A stretch of 58,904 nucleotides of DNA, filler included. It is 5 parts of 5 records of this genome, joined end to end, with 100 filler letters (N's around TTAATTAATTAA, not from the genome) between each part and the next. Parts side by side here need not be neighbours in the genome. Positions count along the whole stretch, not along the records: positions 1 to 11,982 come from SRR31156797_22912; 4 more parts are not named here. One strand, 5' to 3'. The notes under the pieces were generated by a model. The model was not told the origin of the DNA. It worked only from the letters and a program-made list of their open reading frames with translations, and ran no database searches. Positions 1-10,042 of the stretch are shown here, one piece after another. Within the stretch, counting starts at the first letter, position 1. Every line of letters begins with the position of its first letter. The translations under genes were made by a program, and so were the position numbers.

Positions 1-28
1 TATTAAAAAGAAACTAAAATTTATATAT

Positions 29-820
29 TTAGCAGCATTCTCTACTGCTGTGAAATTTTTTGTGACCGTGGCAATGTCCTCTATGCATAGCTTTAACTTT
101 TTTTATTTGCTCTTCATTAAGGATGCTTTTTACTTCTTTAAACATACCAGCTTTTTTTCTAGCTATGTCTGCAAAAGAAATTTCTCCTGCTTTGAATTTT
201 TTTACAGTTTCAATTTTCTCAGCAAACATCTTTTCATGCATCTCTTTAAACTTTTCTTTTTGCTCCTCGGTAATTTCCAGCTCTTTTGCAATTTTACCCA
301 TTGGAGTATTTTCCATAAAATACTTATGTGCTTTTTCTTTTTGTTCTTCACTTAAACTGTTTTTTAGCTCCTCTTTTAGTTTGAAAATATCTTCTAAATC
401 ATCACTCTCAACAGCTTGAGTTAATAATGATTCAGCTTTTTCTTTTTGTTCTTCATTAAGTTCAAGTTGTTCGATTAATTCTTTTATATTCTCTTGCATT
501 GATAAAACATGATGAACGAAAAACTCTTTGTGTTTCTCAATCATGATTTCTCTTAATTTAGCTTTTTGTTCATCGTTTAAAATCTCTTCCGCAGTTTCAA
601 TTTTTCCTATAAACATATTGAACATAACTTCATGATTTGCTTCTTTACCGAAAATAAATTTAATAGCCATTTTCATTTTGTTTTTTATTGCAACTTTTTT
701 TAATTGTTGTAATTTCTCTTTTTGCTCATTACTTAAATCCAATTGATCAAAAGTCTCTTTAATAAATTGTTGTCCTCTAAAATTTCCGTGTCCCATTCCG
801 TGCATTTTTCCAAATCTCAT
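29..820 (-). CDS. Spy/CpxP-like (LTxxQ-repeat) helical protein with His/Cys-rich tail
   Basis: Repeated L-x-L-S/T/N-x-E-Q-K-x-K motifs (LDLSNEQKEK, LNDEQKAK, LELNEEQKEK, LSEEQKEK, LEITEEQKEK); C-terminus HRGHCHGHKKFHSSRECC; AAGGAG RBS upstream. Confidence 0.65.
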   Translation of the reverse strand: MRFGKMHGMGHGNFRGQQFIKETFDQLDLSNEQKEKLQQLKKVAIKNKMKMAIKFIFGKEANHEVMFNMFIGKIETAEEILNDEQKAKLREIMIEKHKEFFVHHVLSMQENIKELIEQLELNEEQKEKAESLLTQAVESDDLEDIFKLKEELKNSLSEEQKEKAHKYFMENTPMGKIAKELEITEEQKEKFKEMHEKMFAEKIETVKKFKAGEISFADIARKKAGMFKEVKSILNEEQIKKVKAMHRGHCHGHKKFHSSRECC

Positions 821-909
821 TTCAAATCATCTCCTTAGGTTAATTTAAATTTTTTATTAGTTTAAAATTTTCATATGTCTCTTCTGACACTAATATAATA
901 CTTAACTAA

Positions 910-953
910 TCTATGAGAATTTTATGAATTCCCTTAGATTTTCCTTAGATTAA
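910..953. promoter_or_regulatory. Four in-phase 11-bp direct repeats, candidate OmpR/PhoB-family regulator site
   Basis: tctatgagaat/tttatgaattc/ccttagatttt/ccttagattaa at exact 11-bp period, upstream of the Spy-like gene. Confidence 0.45.
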
Positions 954-1076
954 AATTTTTAATATATATTGACTTATTTGGAGATAAATGGTAAAAACTT
1001 ATTGTAGGATGAAATTTCTGCGAATCTAAAGAATTAAAATAATTATTTCAAATAAATTATGAGAGGAAGTGACTTG

Positions 1077-1130
1077 ATGTTTGTAAAGAGAGAAAAAGTA
1101 AACGAAAATTTGAGGTTTAAGCAAGGATAA
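1077..1130 (+). CDS. Putative 17-aa leader peptide MFVKREKVNENLRFKQG upstream of rsgA
   Basis: GAGAGGAAG RBS, ATG 1077, TAA 1128-1130; last codons overlap the 5' arm of an 11-bp stem (1116-1126/1149-1159). Confidence 0.55.
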   Translation: MFVKREKVNENLRFKQG

Positions 1131-1210
1131 AATTTAGAAGAACCTAAACCTTGCTTAAATACGTATTGAAAATTATGAAAGTATTTATGCATGGGAGGCA
1201 TTAAAAAGAA

Positions 1211-2266
1211 ATGAATTTAAAAAAATTAGGGTGGAATAACGGTAATAATTTAGAATTAGAAAATAATCAACAATTAGCAAGAGTAACAGCAGTGTTTCGT
1301 AATAAATTTAAAATCCATAATGGAGAAAATGAAACTTTAGCTGATTTAAAAGGAAATATGATACGTGAAGCTTTGTTTCCCGCAGTTGGTGATTGGGTAG
1401 TAACAGATAGTGATCATTTAATAATTGATATATTAGCGAGAAAAAGTAAAATATCTCGTCAGGTAGCAGGAAAAAGAGTAGATGAGCAAGTAATAGCTTC
1501 AAATATAGATAATGTATTTATAGTTAGTTCTCTTAATCAGGATTTTAACCTAAGTAGAATGGAAAGATACCTTACTATGGTATGGGAAAGTGGAGCTAGT
1601 CCGGTGTTTTTATTAACAAAATCTGATATCGCTGAAGAGAAAGAGATGAAATTAGCAGAGCTTGAAGCAATAGCTTTCGGAGTTCCTATTCATATTATCA
1701 GTTCTTTTGAGGGGTCAGGTTTAGATGAACTTACGGAGTATTTTATTGATAACAAAACTTCTGTATTTATAGGTTCATCAGGTGTAGGTAAATCTACACT
1801 TATTAATACATTATTGGGTGAAGAAGTTCTGGCAACTAAAGAGATTCGTGAAGATGATGCTAAAGGAAGACATGCAACTACTCATAGAGAGATGTTTTTC
1901 TTAGAAGAGAGTGGAATCATAATCGATACTCCGGGTATGAGAGAGATTCAGCTATGGGGTGGAGATGTAGAGAGTACATTTGAAGATATCGAAAAATTAG
2001 CTCTTCAATGTAAATTTAGTGACTGTACTCATGAATCTGAGCCAAGGTGTGCTGTGAGAGCAGCTATTGAGTCAGGTGAGCTTTCTGAGAAAAGATATGA
2101 AAACTATCTTAAACTAAAAAAAGAGTTAGCTTATGATGGGCTGAACCATAAACAGCGTGAAAGACAAAAACTATCAAATATGACAGGTAGTAGTTTTGGA
2201 GAAGCAACGACAATGTTTAAAACTGTAAAAGAAAAAAGTAAAGCTAAAAATAAGAATAGAAGATAA
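1211..2266 (+). CDS. rsgA: Ribosome small subunit-dependent GTPase A (RsgA/YjeQ family)
   Basis: OB fold PAVGDWV, circularly permuted GTPase (TKSD, GSSGVGKS, GRHATT, DTPGMRE), Zn finger CKFSDCTHESEPRC. Confidence 0.95.
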   Translation: MNLKKLGWNNGNNLELENNQQLARVTAVFRNKFKIHNGENETLADLKGNMIREALFPAVGDWVVTDSDHLIIDILARKSKISRQVAGKRVDEQVIASNIDNVFIVSSLNQDFNLSRMERYLTMVWESGASPVFLLTKSDIAEEKEMKLAELEAIAFGVPIHIISSFEGSGLDELTEYFIDNKTSVFIGSSGVGKSTLINTLLGEEVLATKEIREDDAKGRHATTHREMFFLEESGIIIDTPGMREIQLWGGDVESTFEDIEKLALQCKFSDCTHESEPRCAVRAAIESGELSEKRYENYLKLKKELAYDGLNHKQRERQKLSNMTGSSFGEATTMFKTVKEKSKAKNKNRR

Positions 2267-2269
2267 AAT

Positions 2270-2296
2270 AAAGGCGTGCCAAAGTGGCGCGCCTTT
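2270..2296. terminator. Hairpin terminator between convergent rsgA and dehydrogenase genes
   Basis: aaaggcgtgcca-aag-tggcgcgccttt. Confidence 0.7.
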
Positions 2297-2308
2297 CTCA
2301 TATTATTC

Positions 2309-2335
2309 GTAGGGGCTAACGGTCGTTCGCCCTAC
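2309..2335. repeat. GTAG-type REP-like palindrome
   Basis: gtaggggctaacggtcgttcgccctac: GTAG...CTAC ends with internal imperfect palindrome. Confidence 0.55.
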
Positions 2336-2376
2336 ATAACATTCTTGTTAAAAAATATATTAAGTATTTTAAAATA

Positions 2377-3360
2377 TTATTTAATTTCAGTAGCACACGT
2401 ACCGGTATTTTTCATATCAACTAATCCTTTAACTGAAAAATTAACCATACTCTCAGAAGCAGCATCAGTGAAAAATGCAATATGGTGAGTCATAATTACA
2501 TTTCTGAATTGTCTAAGATATGCCATGTTTTTATTTTTAATTATATCGATTCTTCTATCTTTGTGATAGATCTCCTCTTCATTTTCAAAGACATCCATTG
2601 CAAGAGCACCTATTTTTTCACTCTCTACACCATCTACTATATCATCAATGTTCATTAACTCTCCTCTTGAACAGTTGATTAGCATAACTCCGTCTTTCAT
2701 TTTGTCCAGAGCTTCTTTATTGATCATCTTCTCTGTTGAGTCAAGTAAAGGTACGTGAAGCGAGATCATATCGCACTCTCTATATAGTGTATCAAGGCCT
2801 ACATATTCAGCATGTTTTGTAACTAAACTATTAGGGAATGGATCAAATGCCAGAATTCTACATCCAAAACCAGTTAGATTTTGAATAACTTGTGCCCCAA
2901 TTCTACCTGTTCCTATTATTCCGATAGTTAAATTTCTCATCTCTTGCCCCTGAAGTCCGTTTAGTCCATAGTCATTAACGTGACCTCTCCATAGAGCTTG
3001 TTTATAATGCCTGATTGACATTAACATAAACATAATAGTATAGTCAGCAACACAATGTGGATCGTAGTTTGAATTACAAACTTTTATTTTTATCTCTTTA
3101 GCATATTTTACATCAATGTGATTATATCCTATAGTTCTGGTAGAAACATAGGATACTCCCAGCTCTTTTAATCTGTCTAAAACGTCTTTGCTAATAGCAC
3201 TTCTCCCAAGGATAGAGATTCCTTCATGTCCTTCAGCTAAATCTATATTTTCTGAGTCCAGATTATCACTAATATATGTAATCTCTGCTCCTGTTTTATC
3301 TGCGATCTCTGTGAAGCTCTTTTTTTCAAATTCTTTTACTTCATAAGCAATTATTTTCAA
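2377..3360 (-). CDS. D-isomer-specific 2-hydroxyacid dehydrogenase (D-lactate dehydrogenase/VanH-like)
   Basis: GIIGTGRIG Rossmann motif, ISLHVPL, LINCSRG, DVFENE, HIAFFT; TTG start. Confidence 0.9.
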   Translation of the reverse strand: MKIIAYEVKEFEKKSFTEIADKTGAEITYISDNLDSENIDLAEGHEGISILGRSAISKDVLDRLKELGVSYVSTRTIGYNHIDVKYAKEIKIKVCNSNYDPHCVADYTIMFMLMSIRHYKQALWRGHVNDYGLNGLQGQEMRNLTIGIIGTGRIGAQVIQNLTGFGCRILAFDPFPNSLVTKHAEYVGLDTLYRECDMISLHVPLLDSTEKMINKEALDKMKDGVMLINCSRGELMNIDDIVDGVESEKIGALAMDVFENEEEIYHKDRRIDIIKNKNMAYLRQFRNVIMTHHIAFFTDAASESMVNFSVKGLVDMKNTGTCATEIK

Positions 3361-3402
3361 GTTCGTTCTTCCCTTCTATATTATAGTTCCCTATAATTTT
3401 AT

Positions 3403-5994
3403 CTAAAATAAAGCTAAAATATCTTTTGTTGCATAAACTTTTATATTTGATTTAAGCTGCTTTTGAATATCTAATTTCTCTTTTATTTCAAGTTTTTTAG
3501 TGTAAAACAGATCTTCTTTGTTATATAAAGAAATTAAATCTTTCTCTGATACAATCTTTATATTATTAGGTAGTTCAAAAGAATGAGTTATTTTCTTAAA
3601 GTTATTCAGGTCAATATCTTTATTTGAGAAAACGATAGTATTTCCCTTGTTTTCAAGATCTTTTGAAGGAGTGATATTATCAAATACATAATAATCATAG
3701 CCTTCTACATATTCAGTTTTGATATCAAAATATGCTTTGATAAAATCATTAACTTTATCTTTTGTTATGTAGAGAGCTTTTTTCTCATTCATATATGAAT
3801 TATAAAGGCCCATTGTTAAGAAAATTGTATTAATTCCAAGTTCTTTTTCAGAGATAATAAGCGTATTTTGCTTCTCACGAAATAGTGAAGCTAATGCTTT
3901 TTTCTGAATAGAGTTATATTCAAATTCACCTATCAAGAACTCTTTTATCTCTTTAAAAACTTTATTTTGTTTAAAAGCATAAGAATCAAAAGTATAATCT
4001 CTATCTATTTTGATAAACACATTATAGTTTTGTTCTCTCTCTTCTATCTCACTTATTTTAACTGAAAAGTTAAATCTATGATCTTTATGAAGTTTAGACA
4101 ATAATTCAGCTAATTGTGAGTTAAGAAATCCAAGGTTTCTTCGGCCATTCATAACTGCTACATAATCATCCTGGTAATTAAGAGTTAAATCCGTGTTTTT
4201 TTCTAGTGGTGTTCTTGTATAAAATACTGAGTTTAACGGGAATTTTGTATCATAAAGATCAATTTTATTTCTTAATGTATTTTCAGATGAAGAACTCTCT
4301 TTAATGTCCTCTACGAAAATTTTCGTATAGTGTTTATCTTTATATACTTCCATCTTTAGTTTAAAGGCAACATCAACTTCATTTAGATCACATAATTCAT
4401 CATAGTTATGACCGTTACTGAACCATACACAGTTTTTGATAGTAATACCTGATTTTGCTACATCAAACATAAGATGTGTCTTATCTTTCCCGATTAATCT
4501 GGTATTATATAATTTCAGATTTCTGATTACAAATACCGGATTTGGATTAGCAAAACCAAATGGTTTTAACTCTTCCAGTTTTGAGAAAAATTCATAAGAT
4601 ATTCTGTTAAAAATTATCTCTTTGTCTATTTTTACAGGTTTTCGAAAATCATCATCATTCAAAACTTTTTTAGTATACTCTTCGAATTTTTCTTCCAATA
4701 AAGGAATATTTTCTATAAGGATAGAAAATCCTGCAGCACCTGCATGACCACCGTATTTCAGGAAAATCTCGCCCATGCTGTTAAGTGCATCCATGATGTT
4801 AAAATTATCAATACTTCTACACGATGCAACAGCCATTCCCTCTTCTTTTTTTACTTCCATAATAATAGTTGGTTTATAGTATTTATCAACTATCTTTGAA
4901 GCAACTATTCCTATTACTCCGTGATGGAATCCTTCTGAGTAAGCGATAATTGCGTTCTTTTTATCGAGTTCTTTTATTTCGATACTCTTCTCCACATCTT
5001 CTAAAATTTGTTTTTGGATATCTTTTCTCTCTTTATTTTGCTCAATAAGTTTCATTGCTATAGCTTTTGCTTCTGTCTCAGAGCTGGTTATTAGCAGTTC
5101 AACTGCCATTTTGGCGTCTTCTAGTCTACCGGCAGCGTTAAATATGGGAGCGATAACAAAGCCTATATCATAGCTGTTATACTCTTTCTCTCTATAATTT
5201 TCAAATGTTAGAGTTAGAAGAGTTCTTAAACCAATATTTTCTGTATATCTTAGAGCATTAAGCCCATATCTAACGAAAATCCGATTTTCATTAGTAAGCG
5301 GTACAATATCAGCTACAGTTCCTATAGCAACTAAATCAAGTAATGGAAATATTTCATCATCAAACTCTTCATCTATATACAGGGCGTACATTAGCATAAA
5401 TGCAGTTCCAACACCTGCAAGATATTTGAATTCAAACTCATTATCATCACGTTTTGGATTAATTATAGCATATGCTTCGGGCAGATGTTCACCAATATCA
5501 TGATGATCAGTAATAATTACATCCATACCCAGTTCATTTGCATAATTTACTTCGTCGATAGAAGTAATACCGCAATCAACTGTGATTATTACACTTCCAC
5601 CTGCTTTTTTTATATGTGCAAGAGCTTCTTTATTAACTCCGTAGCCCTCGTCTCTAAGGGGGATATAGTAGTTTACATTATTTGTAAACCGTTTAAGAGC
5701 ATGATAACAAACAGATGTAGAAGTTATCCCATCGACATCATAATCACCATATATCCATATCTGCTCTTTGTTTCTAATCGCCTCCTGTAATCTTCTGACT
5801 GCTTTTTCTATATCACTTAGTAAAAAAGGATCGGTGATATTATTAACAGTGGGGCTTAAAAAACTTTCAATTTTCTCAGGAGAATCCATTTTTCTATTAA
5901 GTAAAATATTAAGTATATCATTATCAATATCAAGTGAGCTGAGCTCATCACTTACTGAGTTATTATCTTTAATTATCCATTTAGTATCATTCAT
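3403..5994 (-). CDS. recJ: Single-stranded-DNA exonuclease RecJ with ~300-aa C-terminal extension
   Basis: YGDYDVDG, ITVDCG, TDHH, GTVADIVPL, NAAGRL, GGHAGAAG motifs. Confidence 0.95.
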   Translation of the reverse strand: MNDTKWIIKDNNSVSDELSSLDIDNDILNILLNRKMDSPEKIESFLSPTVNNITDPFLLSDIEKAVRRLQEAIRNKEQIWIYGDYDVDGITSTSVCYHALKRFTNNVNYYIPLRDEGYGVNKEALAHIKKAGGSVIITVDCGITSIDEVNYANELGMDVIITDHHDIGEHLPEAYAIINPKRDDNEFEFKYLAGVGTAFMLMYALYIDEEFDDEIFPLLDLVAIGTVADIVPLTNENRIFVRYGLNALRYTENIGLRTLLTLTFENYREKEYNSYDIGFVIAPIFNAAGRLEDAKMAVELLITSSETEAKAIAMKLIEQNKERKDIQKQILEDVEKSIEIKELDKKNAIIAYSEGFHHGVIGIVASKIVDKYYKPTIIMEVKKEEGMAVASCRSIDNFNIMDALNSMGEIFLKYGGHAGAAGFSILIENIPLLEEKFEEYTKKVLNDDDFRKPVKIDKEIIFNRISYEFFSKLEELKPFGFANPNPVFVIRNLKLYNTRLIGKDKTHLMFDVAKSGITIKNCVWFSNGHNYDELCDLNEVDVAFKLKMEVYKDKHYTKIFVEDIKESSSSENTLRNKIDLYDTKFPLNSVFYTRTPLEKNTDLTLNYQDDYVAVMNGRRNLGFLNSQLAELLSKLHKDHRFNFSVKISEIEEREQNYNVFIKIDRDYTFDSYAFKQNKVFKEIKEFLIGEFEYNSIQKKALASLFREKQNTLIISEKELGINTIFLTMGLYNSYMNEKKALYITKDKVNDFIKAYFDIKTEYVEGYDYYVFDNITPSKDLENKGNTIVFSNKDIDLNNFKKITHSFELPNNIKIVSEKDLISLYNKEDLFYTKKLEIKEKLDIQKQLKSNIKVYATKDILALF

Positions 5995-6176
5995 TTAAAA
6001 CTCCTTTTAGGATTGTTTTTTTCAAAAAAATATTATTAAGAAAAAACAAGTTATCATATTAAATTATATATGAATTGGAATGTTAAGACAAGTATAAAAG
6101 TAGATTTTCTTTTTTTAATTTAGAGGGTATAATACTAATAGAAAAACTTGAACAAAGGACAAAAGGAGGCTTAGCT

Positions 6177-7601
6177 ATGGGAGACAGGATGTTTCTGCTT
6201 TCGATATTATCATTTGTACTGAATATGATCTGTATATTAACCATAATATTTTATGATAAACGTAAGCCTGCAGTGACTTTGGCATGGATATTATTACTCG
6301 GTTCCACATCATATTTTGGATTCTTTGTTTATTTATTCTTTGGAATGAGTTTTAGAAAGAAGCGAATGACGAAAGCCAGAATGAAAAAGCGTAATTTCAC
6401 GCATGTTAATTTAGATAATAAAATAGAACAAATTACGGATAAAGTTAATACTAAAAATATAGATTTTATTAAATTTTTAGCTTCGTTTGCCGGAGCAGAC
6501 CTTCATGTTGAAGGAAGTACAGAGATTATTACAGATGGAAATGAGCTGTATGATGATATGTTTCAGGCAATATCAAAGGCTAAAAAATATATCCATCTAG
6601 AGTATTATATTGTTCAAAATGATGAAGCCGGCCGAACACTTATGAAGTTATTAAGCAGTCGACTTAAAGAGGGAATAGAAGTTAAATTTTTATATGACGG
6701 ATTTGGAAGTAGAAAACTTACTAAAAAGTTCTTTAAAGAGTTTCGAAAAAACGGTGGAGAAGCAATATGTTTTTTCCCACTTACAGTACCGCATTTTAGC
6801 TTGAGAGCTAATTATAGAAATCATAGGAAGCTTTGCATAATAGATGGTGATTTGGCTTATATCGGTGGATTTAATATTGGGAATGAATATCTGGGGAAAT
6901 CAAAACTGGGAAATTGGCGAGATACACATCTTAAAATATGTGGAAATATAATTAATGATATTCAAATGGAGTTTATACTTGATTATGAGTTTGCCGGTGG
7001 AAAAGAGCTTGAGAGAAGGAAATATTATAAAAACAGAGAAAAGAAAAATGAGGCTGTCCCGATGCAGCTAGTGTGTAGCGGGCCTAATTATGAATTTCCT
7101 TTAATAAAAGATGCACTTCTAAAACTGATATCCGGTGCAAAAAAGAGCGTATATATTCAGACACCATATTTTATACCAGATGAATCAATACTCGATATAT
7201 TAAAACTTCTATTACTAAGCGGAGTTAAAGTATTTATAATGATACCGGATAAACCTGATCATATTTTAGTTTATTCCGCAACGAAATCTTATATAGGAGA
7301 ATTATTGGATTTGGGAGCAAAATGTTATATATACAGAAATGGTTTTTTACATAGTAAATTAGTAATAGTTGATGATGAAGTGGCGACAGTAGGAACAACT
7401 AATATGGATCTTAGAAGTTTTTATCTTGATTTTGAGATGAATATATTTATGTATGATAAAGATAGAATTCAAGAGTTAAAAAATCAATATATTAAGGATT
7501 TAAGAGAGTGTGAATTACTGACAATAGAGACACATAGCGCAAGAGGAAGAATAGCAAGAATAAAAGAGTCTATATCCAGACTTTTATCTCCAATATTATA
7601 A
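6177..7601 (+). CDS. cls: Cardiolipin synthase
   Basis: Two N-terminal TM helices and two HKD motifs (HRKLCIID, HSKLVIVD). Confidence 0.93.
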   Translation: MGDRMFLLSILSFVLNMICILTIIFYDKRKPAVTLAWILLLGSTSYFGFFVYLFFGMSFRKKRMTKARMKKRNFTHVNLDNKIEQITDKVNTKNIDFIKFLASFAGADLHVEGSTEIITDGNELYDDMFQAISKAKKYIHLEYYIVQNDEAGRTLMKLLSSRLKEGIEVKFLYDGFGSRKLTKKFFKEFRKNGGEAICFFPLTVPHFSLRANYRNHRKLCIIDGDLAYIGGFNIGNEYLGKSKLGNWRDTHLKICGNIINDIQMEFILDYEFAGGKELERRKYYKNREKKNEAVPMQLVCSGPNYEFPLIKDALLKLISGAKKSVYIQTPYFIPDESILDILKLLLLSGVKVFIMIPDKPDHILVYSATKSYIGELLDLGAKCYIYRNGFLHSKLVIVDDEVATVGTTNMDLRSFYLDFEMNIFMYDKDRIQELKNQYIKDLRECELLTIETHSARGRIARIKESISRLLSPIL

Positions 7602-7631
7602 GAATTTTATTAAAAATTAGGAGGGGGTTTT

Positions 7632-8387
7632 ATGCTTGAATTTACTGAACTTGATCCGTTTTTTAGAAATAAAATGCATTTTGATGAAGGTGATGAAAAT
7701 ATCTATATTGACCTTCATTTACATACAATTGCTTCTGACAGTACATTAACAGCACAGTTTTTTTATGATTTTTTACCGGGTAAAAATCATCTGATAAGCA
7801 TAACTGATCATAATGAAATAAGAAAAAATTTAAAACTTTATGAGCAAGGCTGGATAAATATAATTCCCGGAATAGAGTTAGGTTGTAATGACGGTTTTGA
7901 GTTGCTTTTATATTTTGAAAAAGCCCATGAGTTAGAGGAATTTTACCGAAAATATGTAGAACCATATAGAAGTAAACTCAGAATGGTAAAAACAAGTAAA
8001 GATGTCTATTTTTATCTTGAGAAGTTAAAACAATATGAGGTATTTATGTCAATCCCTCATATAAGTGGTTATGCGCATAAAAGTTTTCTTCGAAAACCTT
8101 ACATAGAAGATTTGATATACAGATGTGGAGCTCTTGAAACATATAATCATACGCTTGGTAAAAAGAGAAACTTAACCGCTAAAAAAGTACGAAAAAGATA
8201 TGAAAAATCGGCAACATTTGGAAGTGATGGGCATAGTGCAGCCGAGATAAAAAGTTTCTATAAATTTCAAAATGATGAATATAGTCGTCTGCACAAAATA
8301 GGTTTTAGCTTTAGTAAAATATATGCTTTAGGCAGAATGATGGGTAAACACGGAAAATATTTAATATCAAATAAAATAATTAGATAA
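7632..8387 (+). CDS. PHP-domain phosphoesterase
   Basis: DLHLHT..SD, ITDHN, PGIEL, GSDGH. Confidence 0.85.
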   Translation: MLEFTELDPFFRNKMHFDEGDENIYIDLHLHTIASDSTLTAQFFYDFLPGKNHLISITDHNEIRKNLKLYEQGWINIIPGIELGCNDGFELLLYFEKAHELEEFYRKYVEPYRSKLRMVKTSKDVYFYLEKLKQYEVFMSIPHISGYAHKSFLRKPYIEDLIYRCGALETYNHTLGKKRNLTAKKVRKRYEKSATFGSDGHSAAEIKSFYKFQNDEYSRLHKIGFSFSKIYALGRMMGKHGKYLISNKIIR

Positions 8388-8390
8388 AAC

Positions 8391-8424
8391 ATAAAACTCA
8401 CGGATAACTTTCCGTGAGTTTTAT
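8391..8424. terminator. Bidirectional intrinsic terminator
   Basis: Perfect 14-bp stem ataaaactcacgga/tccgtgagttttat between convergent genes. Confidence 0.85.
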
Positions 8425-8443
8425 TAATAAATTTAAGAGTTTT

Positions 8444-9052
8444 TTATTTTTTTCCTACTTTTAATTTTAACCAATCTACATTATTTACAATAACTTCTGT
8501 TCCACGTAAATCCATGTAACCACGCATTTTATAAATATTGATATGTCTGATTATCTCATCCAGCGGAATATTAGTTATACTCTCTATTTCATCAATATCT
8601 ACATGAATCATATTTAATCGGGTATTTACATGTTTCTCATATAAATACGTGATAAGTTTTTTATCAATATCTTTTTCCAGAACTAAATTAAGTTGTTTTT
8701 CGGTGTTATATGATCTGTTACTCAGTGTTTTGATTAACCTAACAACTAATTCAGGTCCTGCTTCTATAAGTTTAAAAAAATTTTCTTTATCAATCTCCAG
8801 AACTTTGGTATCTTCTTCTGCAATAACTGTGGCAGTTCTGGGAATATCTTCAAAAATAGCCATTTCTCCTATAAATTCGCCTTCCCCTAAGAAAGCTACT
8901 GTTTTTAGATGATCTTTTGTAATTTTACAAATTTTAACTTTTCCACTAACTATATAATACAGAATTTGGTGTTTTTCATGCTCGCAGAAAAGGATATCTC
9001 CTTTTTCATACTCTTTTCCAAATTTTTCAAGAAGGGCAACGTTATTAAGCAT
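8444..9052 (-). CDS. Crp/Fnr-family cNMP-binding protein
   Basis: GEFIGEMAIFEDIPRTATVIA cNMP-binding signature, C-terminal HTH-like region. Confidence 0.85.
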   Translation of the reverse strand: MLNNVALLEKFGKEYEKGDILFCEHEKHQILYYIVSGKVKICKITKDHLKTVAFLGEGEFIGEMAIFEDIPRTATVIAEEDTKVLEIDKENFFKLIEAGPELVVRLIKTLSNRSYNTEKQLNLVLEKDIDKKLITYLYEKHVNTRLNMIHVDIDEIESITNIPLDEIIRHINIYKMRGYMDLRGTEVIVNNVDWLKLKVGKK

Positions 9053-10022
9053 GTCTCTCTCCTCCTTTTCTTGCGATTACTTTTTTCAGGAAGTTTACCA
9101 TCTCTTTAAATCGATCTTTTTCTTCATCTGTTAGCTCTTCCTCTGCTAAAGACTGTGATACTTGATAGGCTTTCAAGAACTCTTTTCTGGAATGATACAC
9201 TTCAAGTAATAGGAAAAGCATATCCTTAAAGTGTGGAGAATTTGGATAAAGTCTGACAAACTCTTCTAACTCTTCAAAATCTTTTTTTAACTTTTTAGCT
9301 TCTCGTTTAAGTGAAATTATTTCATATAATAATATCTCCATAATACTTTCTTCCATAACACTTAATTTTAATCCTGATAAGAAGTATTCTAATGTTTCAG
9401 GATATTCTGCATAAACAACTTTAGCTTTTTCAAGAGCTTCCTCCGTTATTTCAATTACTTCAAACTCTTCGAATTCCAATATTCTTCGAAGTTCTTTTAC
9501 AGCAAAATCTTTCTCATTATCACTTAGTAACATTCTTTGAAGAACCTGCTGAGCAGTAGTGAGTTCATTCTCCTTTAGATAATAGAGATAGATATCATAT
9601 AGCTGACCATGTGTTTGACTAAACTGCTTTTTATTATCAGATAGCTTTTTGATTCTATTACTGGTTTCCCTAATATCATTGGATAAAGAACTAAGGACTC
9701 TTTTGCCAATAGGGACATTTTTCTTTAAAAACTCACTAAAGTCATCAACTGTAAAAATAATAAGTTCTGTATCGTCGATGGCTACGGCTCTTGATTCTCT
9801 TTTTATATTTAGGAAAACCTCTCTAAACCCAAACATATCACCTGCTCCCAAGATAATTTTGGAAGTAAGTTCTTCATTCTTGTAATAGTATTCATCACTT
9901 TTTCTCAGGTATAACTTACCAGACCTGATAACATAAATACTATCAGATGGTGTATCTTCGAAATACAGAATATTCCCACCTTTAATTTTCAATACCTTCA
10001 TAATAATCACTTCCCTGTACAA
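9045..10022 (-). CDS. cNMP-binding domain protein with helical/TPR-like C-terminus (start probably 10001, MKVLK)
   Basis: IYVIRSGKL, GDMFGFRE..R..RAVA; YPNSP TPR-like motif. Confidence 0.75.
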   Translation of the reverse strand: MYREVIIMKVLKIKGGNILYFEDTPSDSIYVIRSGKLYLRKSDEYYYKNEELTSKIILGAGDMFGFREVFLNIKRESRAVAIDDTELIIFTVDDFSEFLKKNVPIGKRVLSSLSNDIRETSNRIKKLSDNKKQFSQTHGQLYDIYLYYLKENELTTAQQVLQRMLLSDNEKDFAVKELRRILEFEEFEVIEITEEALEKAKVVYAEYPETLEYFLSGLKLSVMEESIMEILLYEIISLKREAKKLKKDFEELEEFVRLYPNSPHFKDMLFLLLEVYHSRKEFLKAYQVSQSLAEEELTDEEKDRFKEMVNFLKKVIARKGGERHA

Positions 10023-10042
10023 TGAGTCATAGTTTACTATAA

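Noticed and set aside
2377-3360. vanH vancomycin-resistance gene
   Set aside because: No D-Ala-D-Lac ligase, vanX or vanRS nearby; generic 2-hydroxyacid dehydrogenase
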